Shown one piece after another: positions 22,991 to 33,490 of a stretch of DNA of 64,000 nucleotides. The DNA comes from TPA_inf: Saccharomyces. Taxonomy: Eukaryota. The stretch is taken from NCBI GenBank assembly GCA_000146045.2, contig BK006935.2, forward strand, positions 166,219-230,218, read 5' to 3'. The position numbers and the translations under genes are program-made. Each line of letters starts with the position of its first letter. Position 1 is the stretch's first letter. The notes below the pieces were generated by a model that worked only from the letters and a program-made list of their open reading frames with translations, was not told the origin of the DNA and ran no database searches.

Positions 22991-23207
22991 ATGAACGAAT
23001 AAATAAATTAATAATAAATAATAATAAAAAGTACAGTAGCATTAAATATTATTAAGTTTAATGATTAAAAATTGGTTAATTGTCAAGAAAATCTAAGGTA
23101 TTAATAAATAAATAATACTATGACAACTTGCAGCGAAAGCATCAGCCCCAATGAAAATTAATCAGAATTGAATCTGAGCGTATTTATTTGATAACGGTTT
23201 ACGTAAC

Positions 23208-23538
23208 TGTTGGAATAAAAATCAACTATCATCTACTAACTAGTGTTTACGTTACTAGTATATTATCATATACGGTGTTAGAAGATGACGCAAATGATGA
23301 GAAATAGTCATCGTTTTCAACGGAAGCTGAAATACAAGGATTGATAATGTAATAGGATCAATGAATATCAACATATAAAACGATGATAATAATATTTATA
23401 GAATTGTGTAGAATTGCAGATTCCCTTTTATGGATTCCTAAATCCTCGAGAAGAACTTCTAGTATATCTACGTACCTAATATTATTGCCTTATTAAAAAT
23501 GGAATCCCAACAATTATCTCAAAATTCCCCCAATTCTC
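23208..23538 (+). mobile_element. Solo Ty1/Ty2 LTR (delta element), ~331 bp
   Basis: TGTTGGAATAAAAATCAACTATCATCTACTAACTAGT...CATATACGGTGTTAGAAGATGACGCAAATGATGAGAAATAGTCATC...AATGGAATCCCAACAATTATCTCAAAATTCCCCCAATTCTCA, a near-consensus delta. Confidence 0.88.
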
Positions 23539-23544
23539 ATCAGT

Positions 23545-23600
23545 AACACCCCACCCCGTATTACTTTTACCGTGATGAAGATTGGCATCGTTACTTTCTA
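23545..23600 (+). pseudogene. Continuation of the interrupted DUP240 pseudogene after the delta (TPYYFYRDEDWHRYFLN)
   Basis: Immediately 3' of delta the sequence ccccgtattacttttaccgtgatgaagattggcatcgttactttcta encodes the DUP240 C-terminal PYYFYRDEDCHRYFL block. The delta therefore sits inside a DUP240 copy. Confidence 0.6.
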
Positions 23601-23974
23601 AACGTAGGACGTGCGGAATGACAAAACCATCAGCAGTGTCACGATCTCTCCAGTCACAATGGCAATCATGAGTGCATAGTCCAAAGTAAAGGGGCAAGGA
23701 AAAGCATGATTGAAAGGACTCCCCATCTGGACTCTATATGTCATCAGCGGCTAAAAAAAAGCATATAGCACAACATCAGCATCAGCATCAGCACTAGAGT
23801 CATCGGCCCGGCGGTCCGCGGTCATCCCCGCGGACTTTCCGTCCGCCCGGCGGGCTGTATCAGCGTCAACTGGAACGCGCATATATATACAAGACACACA
23901 TAACATAGAAGCACACCCACGACAATAACCACACGACAATAACCACACCCGCCCACCCCTCCTTTCCGTATACA

Positions 23975-26038
23975 ATGCCAAACTTAAAGAGACTACCCAT
24001 CCCGCCACTGCAGGACACGCTCAACCGCTACCTGGCACGCGTGGAACCCCTGCAGGACGAGCGCCAAAACCGCCGTACGCGCCGCACTGTGCTCTCCGCA
24101 GAAAACCTGGACGCATTGAACACGCTGCACGAGCGGCTGCTAGAATACGACGCACGGCTCGCGGAAAGCAACCCAGAGTCCTCATACATCGAGCAGTTCT
24201 GGTATGACGCGTACTTGCTATATGATGCAACTGTCGTTCTCAACGTCAACCCGTACTTCCAACTGCAGGACGACCCAACCATCAAAGACACACCAGAGAC
24301 GGCGGCACAGGGCCCCTATGGCGCACACACGGTGCAGGTTCGTCGTGCCGCACGACTCACCACCTCTATTCTCAAGTTCATCCGCCAGATTCGCCACGGC
24401 ACACTCCGCACAGACACTGTGCGCGGCAAAACGCCGCTGTCGATGGACCAGTATGAGCGGCTATTCGGCTCCAGTAGAATCCCTCCGGGTCCCGGCGAGC
24501 CCTCTTGCCACTTGCAAACAGACGCCACGTCGCATCACGTGGTGGCGATGTATCGTGGCCAGTTCTACTGGTTCGACGTGCTGGACACACGCAACGAGCC
24601 CATCTTCGCCACCCCAGAACAACTGGAGTGGAACCTCTACTCGATCATCATGGACGCGGAATCCGCCGGAAGCGGATCCGCGCCCTTTGGCGTGTTCACC
24701 ACAGAGTCGCGCCGGGTGTGGTCCAACATCAGGGACTATCTGTTCCATGCGGACGACTGCACCAACTGGCGCAATCTCAAGCTGATCGACTCCGCGCTGT
24801 TCGTGGTCTGTCTCGACGACGTGGCGTTTGCCGCCGATCAGCAGGACGAGCTCACGCGTTCGATGCTGTGCGGGACTTCTACCATCAATCTCGACCCGCA
24901 CCAACACCAGCCGCCATTGAACGTGCAGACAGGCACCTGTCTCAACCGCTGGTACGACAAGTTACAACTGATCGTGACCAAGAACGGTAAGGCGGGCATC
25001 AACTTCGAACACACCGGTGTGGACGGCCACACTGTGCTGCGGCTCGCCACAGACATCTACACAGACTCGATCCTGAGCTTCGCACGCGGTGTCACCAAGA
25101 ACGTCGTCGACATCTTTAGCGACGACGATGGAAAACCATCGTCGTCGTCGTTGGCCTCGGCGGCTCACTCCGCCAACTTGATCACCATCCCTCGTAAACT
25201 GGAATGGCGCACTGACAATTTCCTGCAATCGTCGCTGCACTTTGCCGAGACGCGCATCTCGGACTTGATCTCGCAATACGAGTTTGTTAATCTTGACTTC
25301 TCCAACTACGGCGCGTCCCATATCAAGACAGTGTTCAAGTGCTCGCCAGACGCCTTCGTGCAGCAGGTGTTCCAGGTCGCATACTTCGCGTTGTACGGTC
25401 GCTTCGAGACCGTGTACGAGCCTGCCATGACCAAGGCGTTCCAAAACGGCCGCACAGAGGCCATCCGCTCCGTCACGGGCCAATCGAAGCTCTTTGTCAA
25501 GTCACTACTGGACCAGGATGCCTCGGACGCCACCAAAATTCAGCTCTTGCACGACGCCTGTACGGCGCACTCGCAAATCACAAGGGAATGCTCCCAGGGG
25601 CTCGGCCAGGACCGTCACTTGTATGCGCTCTACTGCCTCTGGAACCAATGGTACAAGGACAAGTTGGAGCTCCCACCCATCTTCCGCGACAAGTCCTGGA
25701 CTACCATGCAGAACAACGTCTTGAGCACCTCCAACTGCGGTAACCCCTGCCTCAAGAGCTTCGGGTTCGGGCCTGTCACCGCCAACGGCTTCGGCATCGG
25801 CTACATCATCAGAGACCACTCCGTCTCTGTGGTGGTGTCCTCAAGGCATCGCCAGACTGCTCGGTTTGCGTCGCTCATGGAAAAGTCGCTGCTGGAGATC
25901 GACCGCATCTTCAAACGGCAGCAAGCTCGCGCAGCAAAACCCGCTGCCAGGACCACTGCTAGCGCCAACACCAAATCAGAAGACATGAAATACCTGTTGT
26001 CCGGCTACGATTACTTCGACGTGAGCGTGTCCGGTTGA
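23975..26038 (+). CDS. YAT1: Carnitine O-acetyltransferase of the outer mitochondrial membrane, 687 aa; strikingly GC-rich
   Basis: Carnitine/choline acyltransferase homology throughout (e.g. the catalytic EHTGVDGHTVLRL block). ATG start. GC content is far above the surrounding DNA. Confidence 0.9.
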   Translation: MPNLKRLPIPPLQDTLNRYLARVEPLQDERQNRRTRRTVLSAENLDALNTLHERLLEYDARLAESNPESSYIEQFWYDAYLLYDATVVLNVNPYFQLQDDPTIKDTPETAAQGPYGAHTVQVRRAARLTTSILKFIRQIRHGTLRTDTVRGKTPLSMDQYERLFGSSRIPPGPGEPSCHLQTDATSHHVVAMYRGQFYWFDVLDTRNEPIFATPEQLEWNLYSIIMDAESAGSGSAPFGVFTTESRRVWSNIRDYLFHADDCTNWRNLKLIDSALFVVCLDDVAFAADQQDELTRSMLCGTSTINLDPHQHQPPLNVQTGTCLNRWYDKLQLIVTKNGKAGINFEHTGVDGHTVLRLATDIYTDSILSFARGVTKNVVDIFSDDDGKPSSSSLASAAHSANLITIPRKLEWRTDNFLQSSLHFAETRISDLISQYEFVNLDFSNYGASHIKTVFKCSPDAFVQQVFQVAYFALYGRFETVYEPAMTKAFQNGRTEAIRSVTGQSKLFVKSLLDQDASDATKIQLLHDACTAHSQITRECSQGLGQDRHLYALYCLWNQWYKDKLELPPIFRDKSWTTMQNNVLSTSNCGNPCLKSFGFGPVTANGFGIGYIIRDHSVSVVVSSRHRQTARFASLMEKSLLEIDRIFKRQQARAAKPAARTTASANTKSEDMKYLLSGYDYFDVSVSG

Positions 26039-26073
26039 GTTTATGCTGAGTTTTTGCGCATCAATATTATTTT

Positions 26074-26103
26074 TACTACTACTACTACTACTACTACTAC
26101 TAC
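26074..26103. repeat. (TAC)10 trinucleotide microsatellite just 3' of YAT1
   Basis: Direct read: tactactactactactactactactactac. Confidence 0.95.
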
Positions 26104-26400
26104 ATACTATTAAATATACTAAATAAGAGGAAAACGCTTTGGAAGTGACTGGCGCCGCCGCTGGCTACTATAATAGCAGCGACTGTAATTTAATCTCATC
26201 CCGTCGTTTGGATTACCTCTTTTACTCGCCGAGCGAACGTGCACCAAAAAGGGAAAGGAAAAAAAGAAAAAAAAAGGAAAAAGGAAACTCAAAACTTGGA
26301 TAAATAGAAGCACTCAAACTAAATTAAACTGCCAAAAAAAAAAAAAATAAAAAGGGAAAAGTTTAAACATCAAAGTACACCTTTCACCCCTCCACACACC

Positions 26401-29400
26401 ATGGAACAACCTGATCTATCGTCTGTGGCCATCAGTAAGCCGCTGCTGAAGTTGAAACTTCTCGACGCCCTTCGCCAGGGAAGTTTCCCCAACCTACAAG
26501 ATCTCCTAAAGAAACAATTCCAGCCGCTAGACGACCCAAACGTCCAACAAGTGCTCCATCTCATGCTCCACTATGCCGTGCAAGTCGCCCCCATGGCTGT
26601 CATAAAGGAAATCGTCCATCATTGGGTCTCAACTACAAACACCACTTTTCTAAACATCCATCTTGATCTAAACGAACGGGACTCCAACGGCAACACCCCA
26701 TTGCACATCGCCGCCTACCAGTCCCGCGGTGATATCGTAGCCTTCCTCCTGGACCAACCAACCATCAACGACTGCGTGCTCAACAACTCCCACTTGCAGG
26801 CCATCGAAATGTGCAAGAACCTAAACATCGCGCAGATGATGCAGGTGAAACGCTCCACATACGTTGCAGAGACCGCCCAGGAATTCAGAACAGCTTTTAA
26901 CAACAGGGACTTCGGCCACCTAGAATCTATCCTCTCCAGCCCTCGAAACGCAGAACTGCTCGACATCAACGGTATGGACCCGGAGACTGGCGATACCGTT
27001 CTGCACGAATTCGTCAAGAAAAGAGACGTCATCATGTGCCGTTGGTTGCTTGAACACGGTGCTGACCCCTTCAAGAGAGACCGCAAGGGCAAACTGCCCA
27101 TCGAGCTCGTTAGGAAAGTCAATGAAAACGACACCGCCACCAACACCAAGATCGCCATCGACATCGAACTGAAAAAACTATTGGAAAGGGCCACCAGGGA
27201 GCAAAGTGTCATCGACGTCACAAACAACAACTTGCACGAGGCCCCCACTTACAAAGGCTACCTGAAAAAATGGACCAACTTCGCTCAAGGCTACAAATTG
27301 CGTTGGTTCATCCTTAGTAGCGATGGGAAACTATCCTACTACATCGATCAGGCCGACACTAAGAATGCCTGCAGGGGCTCCCTAAACATGTCTTCGTGCT
27401 CTCTGCATTTGGATTCGTCTGAAAAGTTGAAATTCGAAATTATCGGCGGTAACAACGGTGTTATCAGGTGGCATTTAAAGGGGAACCACCCCATCGAGAC
27501 AAATAGATGGGTTTGGGCCATCCAGGGCGCCATAAGATACGCAAAGGACAGAGAAATTTTGCTGCACAATGGCCCCTATTCGCCTTCTCTGGCCTTAAGC
27601 CATGGCTTGTCATCCAAAGTGTCCAATAAAGAAAACTTGCATGCAACTTCAAAACGGTTGACCAAGAGCCCGCATCTGTCCAAATCCACACTGACACAAA
27701 ACGATCACGATAATGACGATGACAGCACTAACAACAACAACAACAAAAGTAATAATGATTATGACGATAATAATAATAATAATAATAATGACGATGATGA
27801 TTATGATGATGATGATGAAAGTAGACCCCTCATAGAACCATTACCGTTGATTTCATCCAGAAGCCAAAGCTTAAGCGAAATCACTCCCGGTCCACATTCT
27901 AGGAAGTCTACAGTCTCGTCTACAAGGGCAGCCGATATACCATCAGATGATGAGGGTTACTCTGAGGACGATTCTGATGACGACGGTAACTCCTCTTACA
28001 CAATGGAAAACGGCGGTGAAAACGATGGCGACGAAGATCTAAATGCCATTTATGGTCCCTATATTCAAAAACTACACATGCTACAAAGATCCATTTCCAT
28101 CGAGTTGGCATCTTTGAACGAATTGCTGCAAGATAAACAACAACACGATGAGTACTGGAACACCGTCAACACTTCTATTGAAACCGTCAGCGAATTTTTC
28201 GACAAATTAAATCGGTTGACCTCTCAAAGGGAAAAAAGAATGATTGCCCAAATGACCAAGCAACGGGATGTTAACAATGTTTGGATTCAATCGGTAAAAG
28301 ATCTGGAAATGGAACTGGTTGATAAAGACGAAAAATTGGTTGCCTTGGATAAAGAACGGAAAAATCTGAAAAAAATGCTTCAAAAAAAATTGAACAATCA
28401 ACCACAGGTTGAAACTGAGGCTAATGAAGAATCCGATGATGCAAATTCAATGATAAAAGGATCCCAAGAATCAACAAATACCCTTGAGGAAATCGTAAAA
28501 TTTATCGAAGCAACAAAGGAAAGTGATGAGGATTCTGACGCCGACGAATTTTTCGACGCAGAAGAAGCTGCTTCCGACAAAAAAGCCAATGATTCGGAAG
28601 ACTTAACCACAAACAAGGAGACTCCAGCTAATGCGAAACCACAAGAAGAAGCTCCTGAAGACGAGAGCCTTATTGTGATCAGTTCTCCACAGGTGGAAAA
28701 GAAGAACCAACTATTAAAAGAGGGATCATTCGTCGGATATGAAGACCCAGTGAGAACCAAACTGGCTTTAGACGAAGATAATCGTCCCAAGATTGGTCTC
28801 TGGTCTGTTTTAAAGTCTATGGTCGGTCAAGACTTAACCAAACTAACTCTACCGGTATCGTTCAATGAGCCAACATCCTTACTACAGAGAGTATCTGAAG
28901 ATATTGAGTATTCTCATATTCTTGACCAAGCTGCCACTTTTGAAGACTCCTCTTTAAGAATGCTATATGTAGCTGCCTTTACTGCATCAATGTACGCATC
29001 TACCACTAACAGAGTGTCTAAACCATTCAACCCCTTACTCGGTGAAACTTTTGAATATGCCAGAACTGATGGTCAGTACCGATTCTTCACCGAACAAGTC
29101 TCTCACCACCCACCTATCTCTGCTACTTGGACAGAATCGCCCAAATGGGATTTTTACGGTGAATGTAATGTTGATTCGTCATTCAATGGGCGCACGTTCG
29201 CCGTGCAACATTTAGGATTATGGTACATTACTATCCGGCCTGATCATAATATTAGTGTTCCCGAGGAAACTTATTCCTGGAAAAAACCAAATAACACTGT
29301 TATCGGTATTTTAATGGGGAAACCACAAGTAGACAACAGTGGGGACGTCAAAGTCACAAACCATACCACAGGCGACTATTGTATGCTGCATTACAAAGCC

Positions 29401-29967
29401 CATGGCTGGACCTCAGCCGGTGCATATGAAGTCAGAGGTGAAGTATTCAACAAGGACGATAAAAAATTATGGGTTCTTGGTGGGCATTGGAATGATTCCA
29501 TTTACGGGAAAAAAGTAACTGCTAGAGGCGGAGAACTGACATTAGACAGAATAAAAACGGCAAATTCTGCCACGGGAGGACCAAAACTAGATGGGTCTAA
29601 GTTTCTGATATGGAAAGCAAATGAAAGGCCTTCAGTGCCATTTAATTTAACGTCGTTTGCATTGACTTTGAATGCTTTGCCACCCCACTTGATACCATAT
29701 TTAGCACCCACAGATAGTCGTTTAAGGCCCGATCAAAGGGCTATGGAAAATGGTGAATACGATAAAGCTGCCGCGGAAAAGCATCGTGTTGAAGTAAAAC
29801 AAAGGGCAGCAAAAAAAGAAAGGGAACAAAAAGGAGAAGAATACAGACCTAAGTGGTTTGTCCAGGAGGAGCACCCCGTTACCAAAAGTCTATACTGGAA
29901 ATTTAATGGAGAGTATTGGAACAAAAGAAAAAATCATGACTTTAAAGATTGTGCTGATATTTTCTAA
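26401..29967 (+). CDS. SWH1: Oxysterol-binding protein homolog with ankyrin repeats, PH domain and OSBP-related domain, 1188 aa
   Basis: N-terminal ankyrin repeats, PH-like region (YKGYLKKWTNFAQGYKLRWFILSSDGKLSYY), an Asn/Asp low-complexity tract, and the OSBP signature EQVSHHPPISA in the C-terminal domain. Confidence 0.93.
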   Translation: MEQPDLSSVAISKPLLKLKLLDALRQGSFPNLQDLLKKQFQPLDDPNVQQVLHLMLHYAVQVAPMAVIKEIVHHWVSTTNTTFLNIHLDLNERDSNGNTPLHIAAYQSRGDIVAFLLDQPTINDCVLNNSHLQAIEMCKNLNIAQMMQVKRSTYVAETAQEFRTAFNNRDFGHLESILSSPRNAELLDINGMDPETGDTVLHEFVKKRDVIMCRWLLEHGADPFKRDRKGKLPIELVRKVNENDTATNTKIAIDIELKKLLERATREQSVIDVTNNNLHEAPTYKGYLKKWTNFAQGYKLRWFILSSDGKLSYYIDQADTKNACRGSLNMSSCSLHLDSSEKLKFEIIGGNNGVIRWHLKGNHPIETNRWVWAIQGAIRYAKDREILLHNGPYSPSLALSHGLSSKVSNKENLHATSKRLTKSPHLSKSTLTQNDHDNDDDSTNNNNNKSNNDYDDNNNNNNNDDDDYDDDDESRPLIEPLPLISSRSQSLSEITPGPHSRKSTVSSTRAADIPSDDEGYSEDDSDDDGNSSYTMENGGENDGDEDLNAIYGPYIQKLHMLQRSISIELASLNELLQDKQQHDEYWNTVNTSIETVSEFFDKLNRLTSQREKRMIAQMTKQRDVNNVWIQSVKDLEMELVDKDEKLVALDKERKNLKKMLQKKLNNQPQVETEANEESDDANSMIKGSQESTNTLEEIVKFIEATKESDEDSDADEFFDAEEAASDKKANDSEDLTTNKETPANAKPQEEAPEDESLIVISSPQVEKKNQLLKEGSFVGYEDPVRTKLALDEDNRPKIGLWSVLKSMVGQDLTKLTLPVSFNEPTSLLQRVSEDIEYSHILDQAATFEDSSLRMLYVAAFTASMYASTTNRVSKPFNPLLGETFEYARTDGQYRFFTEQVSHHPPISATWTESPKWDFYGECNVDSSFNGRTFAVQHLGLWYITIRPDHNISVPEETYSWKKPNNTVIGILMGKPQVDNSGDVKVTNHTTGDYCMLHYKAHGWTSAGAYEVRGEVFNKDDKKLWVLGGHWNDSIYGKKVTARGGELTLDRIKTANSATGGPKLDGSKFLIWKANERPSVPFNLTSFALTLNALPPHLIPYLAPTDSRLRPDQRAMENGEYDKAAAEKHRVEVKQRAAKKEREQKGEEYRPKWFVQEEHPVTKSLYWKFNGEYWNKRKNHDFKDCADIF

Positions 29968-32249
29968 GCTGTGCAATGTAGTCACAATAACACTCGTTCA
30001 TTTGTATCCATTGCGAATGCCGGTACATCGGAAAACAGGATAGGACCTATTTAATTATATAGTATGAAGTATTCATAACTTCTTGAGGCATCAATACATC
30101 ATATTCCATGAGCTGCGTGGCATTCATACTCATTGATTTAAAGGTTTTTTATTTTCATGGAAAAGATTAACCGGGCTGAACGAAATATATTAAAGATGCT
30201 AAAACTTATGCTTTCATTGACTTTCAATAGTGTCCACTAACCAAAAAAAAAAACTACTCTAACAAGGGATCCCCATGGATTCAAAGCCGATACCAAACAG
30301 ATATTACTCTGCATAGAATTCAAAATATTATCCATATAAAGATGGGAAAGAATTCCAAAAGGAAAATTCTGCTCTAGAAGGTCACAAAACTAGTAAGAAG
30401 TTGACCCCCCTGCCATTAAAAAACGTTTTTAACAGCTCTAGCAATATTCTAATTTCGAAAGTGCTCTCAAAAGAATTTATTCATTTGCGAAAAAAAGAAT
30501 ATCTCAAAATTTTCTCGATCACGTACAACATCGTAGTATTTAAAGGATTATTAAGTCAACGAATAATTTCCACAAGAAAGGTACCTCTAGTTTTGGTGAT
30601 GAAGCAAGACAATAACTGGCAAGGGCTCTCACTAAATATCAACCCCTTTCAAATAAAAAAAGGATCATGGCTGGCAGCGCCCACAACAATTAAACTCTGT
30701 TACTATCAAAAAACATTGAGCCCAAGAATGGAATAAAATTTTCACTACACCTCGGACATGGATTTGTACATGTCCTATTATCCTGTAATTTTGACATATA
30801 CTGATATGGACCTCTTGTTTCGTATAAATCGCTATTTATTTCCCCAGATAACTAAAGAAAATCCTTCAACCCAGCGTTCTATATTACTATATTCTCAACC
30901 CGCCGTTTTCCTGCTGTGCGATAATTCTCATTCAATACTACCATTTCAAACCTAGAAAAGGGTGTCTTTATTAAAACTGTAAGAAAATTTTATCATGAAC
31001 TCTGATGAAAAGTCTTCGGAAGATCAACTTTTTGATTTTTCAAAAATGAAAGAAACTGTTGTCTCCATTTATGGCCTCATATCTGAAGGAAATTCGTCTG
31101 CTATTAGTCATACCACTATCTTCTTCTTGAAGCTGCATTTCAAGGTTGATTAGGAAGCATCTAACAATCATTCGATAGGGAAAACAGAAAGGCCGTTACA
31201 GTTTTTTAAAAATATCAATATCAAGAGAAAGAACTAGGGATATTGCAAAATCAAAACTTCTGATATTTGGTTTTACGTGAAAATTACCAACACTTAAACG
31301 TTAAAATTTCAAACTATCTACTGAAATATAAATTTTCAGTCAAAGAGATGAAACGATTATTTTCTTGAGTAATTCGTTGTCACAATTTAACAGAAAATTA
31401 CTGTTTTTTTCAAGTAGTTCACAAAGATACTCAAACTAAGATCATGGAGACGTCGGCAAGCAATTGATTGTTAGTGATTATCAAAACTCATTAGCTTCGG
31501 TAAAACTACATAGATTGAAAATCAGTAGTAACATACAACATGGTTTCCATGAGATTACAAACCGGCCAACCTAATGCTTTCAAAAATTCTTTGCTTACTG
31601 ATTCACGGTGGCCAAGAAGCATATAAATCTGTACTTTGCAGTAAAAAACAGATGGTATTGCTCATTCCCAGCGATTGCCAAATACGATTCATAACAGATT
31701 GACTTATCTTTTTCGAAAGCTCTATCATATGGCTTTGAGTAATAAGGTGAGATTTTTTTGGTGATGAAAATAAATACGGTGCCTTGATGCAAAATTTTTA
31801 GCCACAAACCTCTCTTCAGTCCCACATGATTCACCTGATTACGACTCACTATTTCATCTGTTCCATAAATCTCGGCTTTTTATATACAGAACATTAGACG
31901 ACGGGAAGAGAAAAACGTCAGTATAACCCACTTTTGTTCGTAAAAAAAGGTTATTCACTTCTACTCCGTACTAATCAATGACTTTAATGGTGAAACCATG
32001 ATGAGGAGAGTAACACGATGTAATTGTCATAAACTAATATTATCCCATATTAGTTTACTGACGGCTACAAGTGAGAATATATACTTTAAGAGTGTAACCA
32101 TACCAGTAATTGGGTTCCAAACAAGTTTGTGAGGCGCGTGTGCTGAAAGTAAAAAAAACTTACCTTAATAACGCAATTTCTGGCGAGGTTAAAATATTAA
32201 ATATAAAAAGCCTTCCAAGTAATTTTGCCCACTAAAATGTAACACAAAG

Positions 32250-32700
32250 CTCCACTGGTTCTCGGCTTCTTGTTCTTTCAAAAGGATCTTCAAATCCGCT
32301 TCCACTTAAGCAGCCTTCTGCTACGACTTCTTCTGAGACACTCGGTTTCGCGCGGGCACTTCTGCCCACCAAAAAAGTTTATTTTCCGGAAAGCTTATTT
32401 CTAAATAAACTTCTGAGGAATTTTTTTTCCGCAAATTTCCATGCAACGTCGAACTCTCAAATTCTCACGAGATTATTTGACTTGCTTTCCTTTCCCCCTT
32501 TTTCCACGCACTACGTCAATGCAAGTGATCCGCTTTTGAAGAAGCAAAAAATACTTCTTTCAGCTCGTACCGGCATTTTTATTATTTGTCAAAACTGGCG
32601 TTTGGAAACCAGCTCTTCACTTTTTCTTCGTGGTTTCTTCGTGGTTTTTTCGAGAGTTTTGTTTAAGCCCCTTTTATGGATGCATGAGAAAAAAAAAAAG
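32250..32700 (+). repeat. Copy A of a ~400-bp dispersed element (YAR060C-like sequence), ~4.5 kb upstream of FLO1
   Basis: Shares with copy C blocks such as GGCT(C)CTTCTTGTTCT..AAAGGATCTTCAAATCCGCTTCCAC.TA..AGC..T.CTGCTACGACTTCTTCTGA, CTCACGAGATT.TTTGAC and GAAGAAGCAAAA, in the same orientation. Confidence 0.7.
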
Positions 32701-33128
32701 GTTTGCTACAACCATCTCAGGTCTCTTGAAGGATAGTTCGAAGCTCGCCTGACCGTCTTTGGGTGACCAGGCTTGGTTTTCAGTTTTTTTTAGCTCATTG
32801 AGATATGTGATCCCGTTCCTAGATATTATGAGGGAATTTTATATATCAAATTGATTTTCACCGCGAATTCCAGAAGGATGGGCAAAAGAGGGCTTGTTGG
32901 CGTGGGAGGATGGTCGCGGCTGAAAATTTTCACCACGAGCAGTTTCTTGTGAGACATCCTAATACTTTTGCATTTTTACCAAGCAGTCGTCCGTAGCAAA
33001 GCATAGGTTAGTAATAACAATGTGCAAATAAAAAACTATCTTACAGGCAATTATTTTGTGGCAAAGCAAGGTCCATGTTTTCTTGAAAGGTAAGAAGTGG
33101 CTTTGGGACAGCTCATATAGACAGATTT

Positions 33129-33490
33129 AAGTTTTTGATCTGAGAAGCGAATGAAATGTCTTCAGTATCATTCAATTTAGCATCCTTTTCATTGACTTTG
33201 AATGTTTTACCGCCCCAATCAATGCCATAATTAGCACCCCATGGATGGTCGTTTAAGGCCTGAAGAGTTATGGAGCATTGTGAATAAAATAAAAAATTAC
33301 TTAGGAAAAGCATCGTGTTGAAGTAAAGCAAAGAGCAGCAAAAAATAAATGGAGTAAATATGAGAGAAATACAGATCAGAATGGTTCGTTCAAGAGTCCA
33401 TACTATAAACCCGATGGTGACTTTTGCACAAAAAAACAATGGTTTCGAAGATTGTGCTCATATTTTCTGAGCTCAACATATGCTCGCAAA
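33129..33490 (+). pseudogene. Degenerate direct duplicate of the last ~390 bp of SWH1 (C-terminal ~120 codons plus ~20 bp of 3' UTR)
   Basis: 33129-33490 aligns with 29599-29990, for example aagtttttgatctgagaagcgaatgaaatgtcttcagt against aagtttctgatatggaaagcaaatgaaaggccttcagt, and ...ggtcgtttaaggcc...aagcatcgtgttgaagtaaa.caaag.gcagcaaaaaa...gattgtgct.atattttct.agct. The frame is broken by a stop in the fifth codon. Confidence 0.75.

Noticed and set aside
24021-25986. Dense set of 60-190-aa ORFs on all frames and both strands overlapping YAT1 (e.g. 24204-24785, 24461-24907, 24962-25483, 25339-25743)
   Set aside because: They are a by-product of the GC-rich, stop-poor composition of this segment. 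They have Arg/Ala/Gly/Pro-rich nonsense translations and overlap a clearly homologous carnitine acetyltransferase CDS.
26119-26313. Small minus-strand ORF ([20 protein letters not shown]...) in the YAT1-SWH1 intergenic region, possibly the annotated YAR035C-A
   Set aside because: Its translation is dominated by Phe from a T-rich tract. I cannot support it as coding from sequence alone.
33113-33439. 108-aa minus-strand ORF that I first read as an inverted copy of an SWH1 segment
   Set aside because: Direct nucleotide comparison shows the SWH1 relic is in the same orientation as SWH1. The minus-strand ORF is a spurious frame over that relic.
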